Positions 52,036 through 52,067 of a DNA stretch of 52,067 bases are shown here, one piece after another. Both the position numbers and the translations under genes were made by a program. The notes beneath the pieces are model-generated. The model saw nothing but the letters and a program-made list of their open reading frames with translations. It was not told the DNA's origin and did no database searches. Positions within the stretch are counted from its first letter, which is position 1; each line of letters starts with the position of its first letter. Origin of the DNA: a virus (lineage: Duplodnaviria; Caudoviricetes); IMG/VR virus record IMGVR_UViG_3300034691_000021, positions 1 to 52,067 of that record, one strand, 5' to 3'.

Positions 52036-52063
52036 AAGCCTGACTTCGGTCGGGCTTTTTATT
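52036..52063 (+). terminator. Intrinsic terminator (tL-like)
   Basis: aagcctgac-ttcg-gtcgggcttttt. Confidence 0.8.
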
Positions 52064-52067
52064 GGGC

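Larger units (their letters stand above)
1..52067. mobile_element. Temperate lambdoid siphovirus genome, excised/attP configuration, probably Pseudomonas host
   Basis: Integration, immunity, replication, packaging, head, tail and lysis modules all present; no host genes; attP intact in the middle of the window. Confidence 0.95.

Noticed and set aside
1-52067. CRISPR array, solitary CRISPR repeats, DGR/retron reverse transcriptase, IS elements
   Set aside because: No spaced direct repeats, RT motifs or transposase seen by eye; a computational scan could still find short degenerate elements
52040-52067. Exact circular join of the window ends
   Set aside because: The window ends at a terminator while position 2 is already inside an open frame, so sequence is probably missing between the ends

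Overview
Near-complete genome of a temperate, lambdoid-organised siphovirus. The host is probably Pseudomonas, inferred from gene families, base composition and the tmRNA 3' sequence. It is captured in its excised (attP) form: xis-int and the end of the late operon converge on an intact attP whose core is the 3' end of tmRNA (ssrA). The + strand carries the early left operon (1-11.5 kb and 50.8-52 kb) and cI. The - strand carries cro, cII-like, O/P replication, nin genes, Q with PR', holins, terminase, portal, a P22-coat-type capsid, a lambda-like tail, a GH19 endolysin and Rz/Rz1. The first ORF is cut by the window edge, so part of the left operon is probably missing. The most notable items are: (1) a module inserted directly after the capsid gene, whose 350-aa protein has 11 ~19-aa beta-strand repeats plus five 9-aa C-terminal repeats, a candidate ruler-templated capsid-vertex fibre; (2) two tandem tRNA-shaped ncRNAs, one C4-like, in the head operon; (3) a structured PL leader with rrn-type boxB-boxA and no visible N gene; (4) an AT-rich formyltransferase moron beside the tail fibre; (5) a DUF4406/dNMP kinase/metallophosphoesterase trio, an HslV-like protease and a TraR homologue. 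All calls come from motif reading and synteny by eye; no database searches or folding programs were run.
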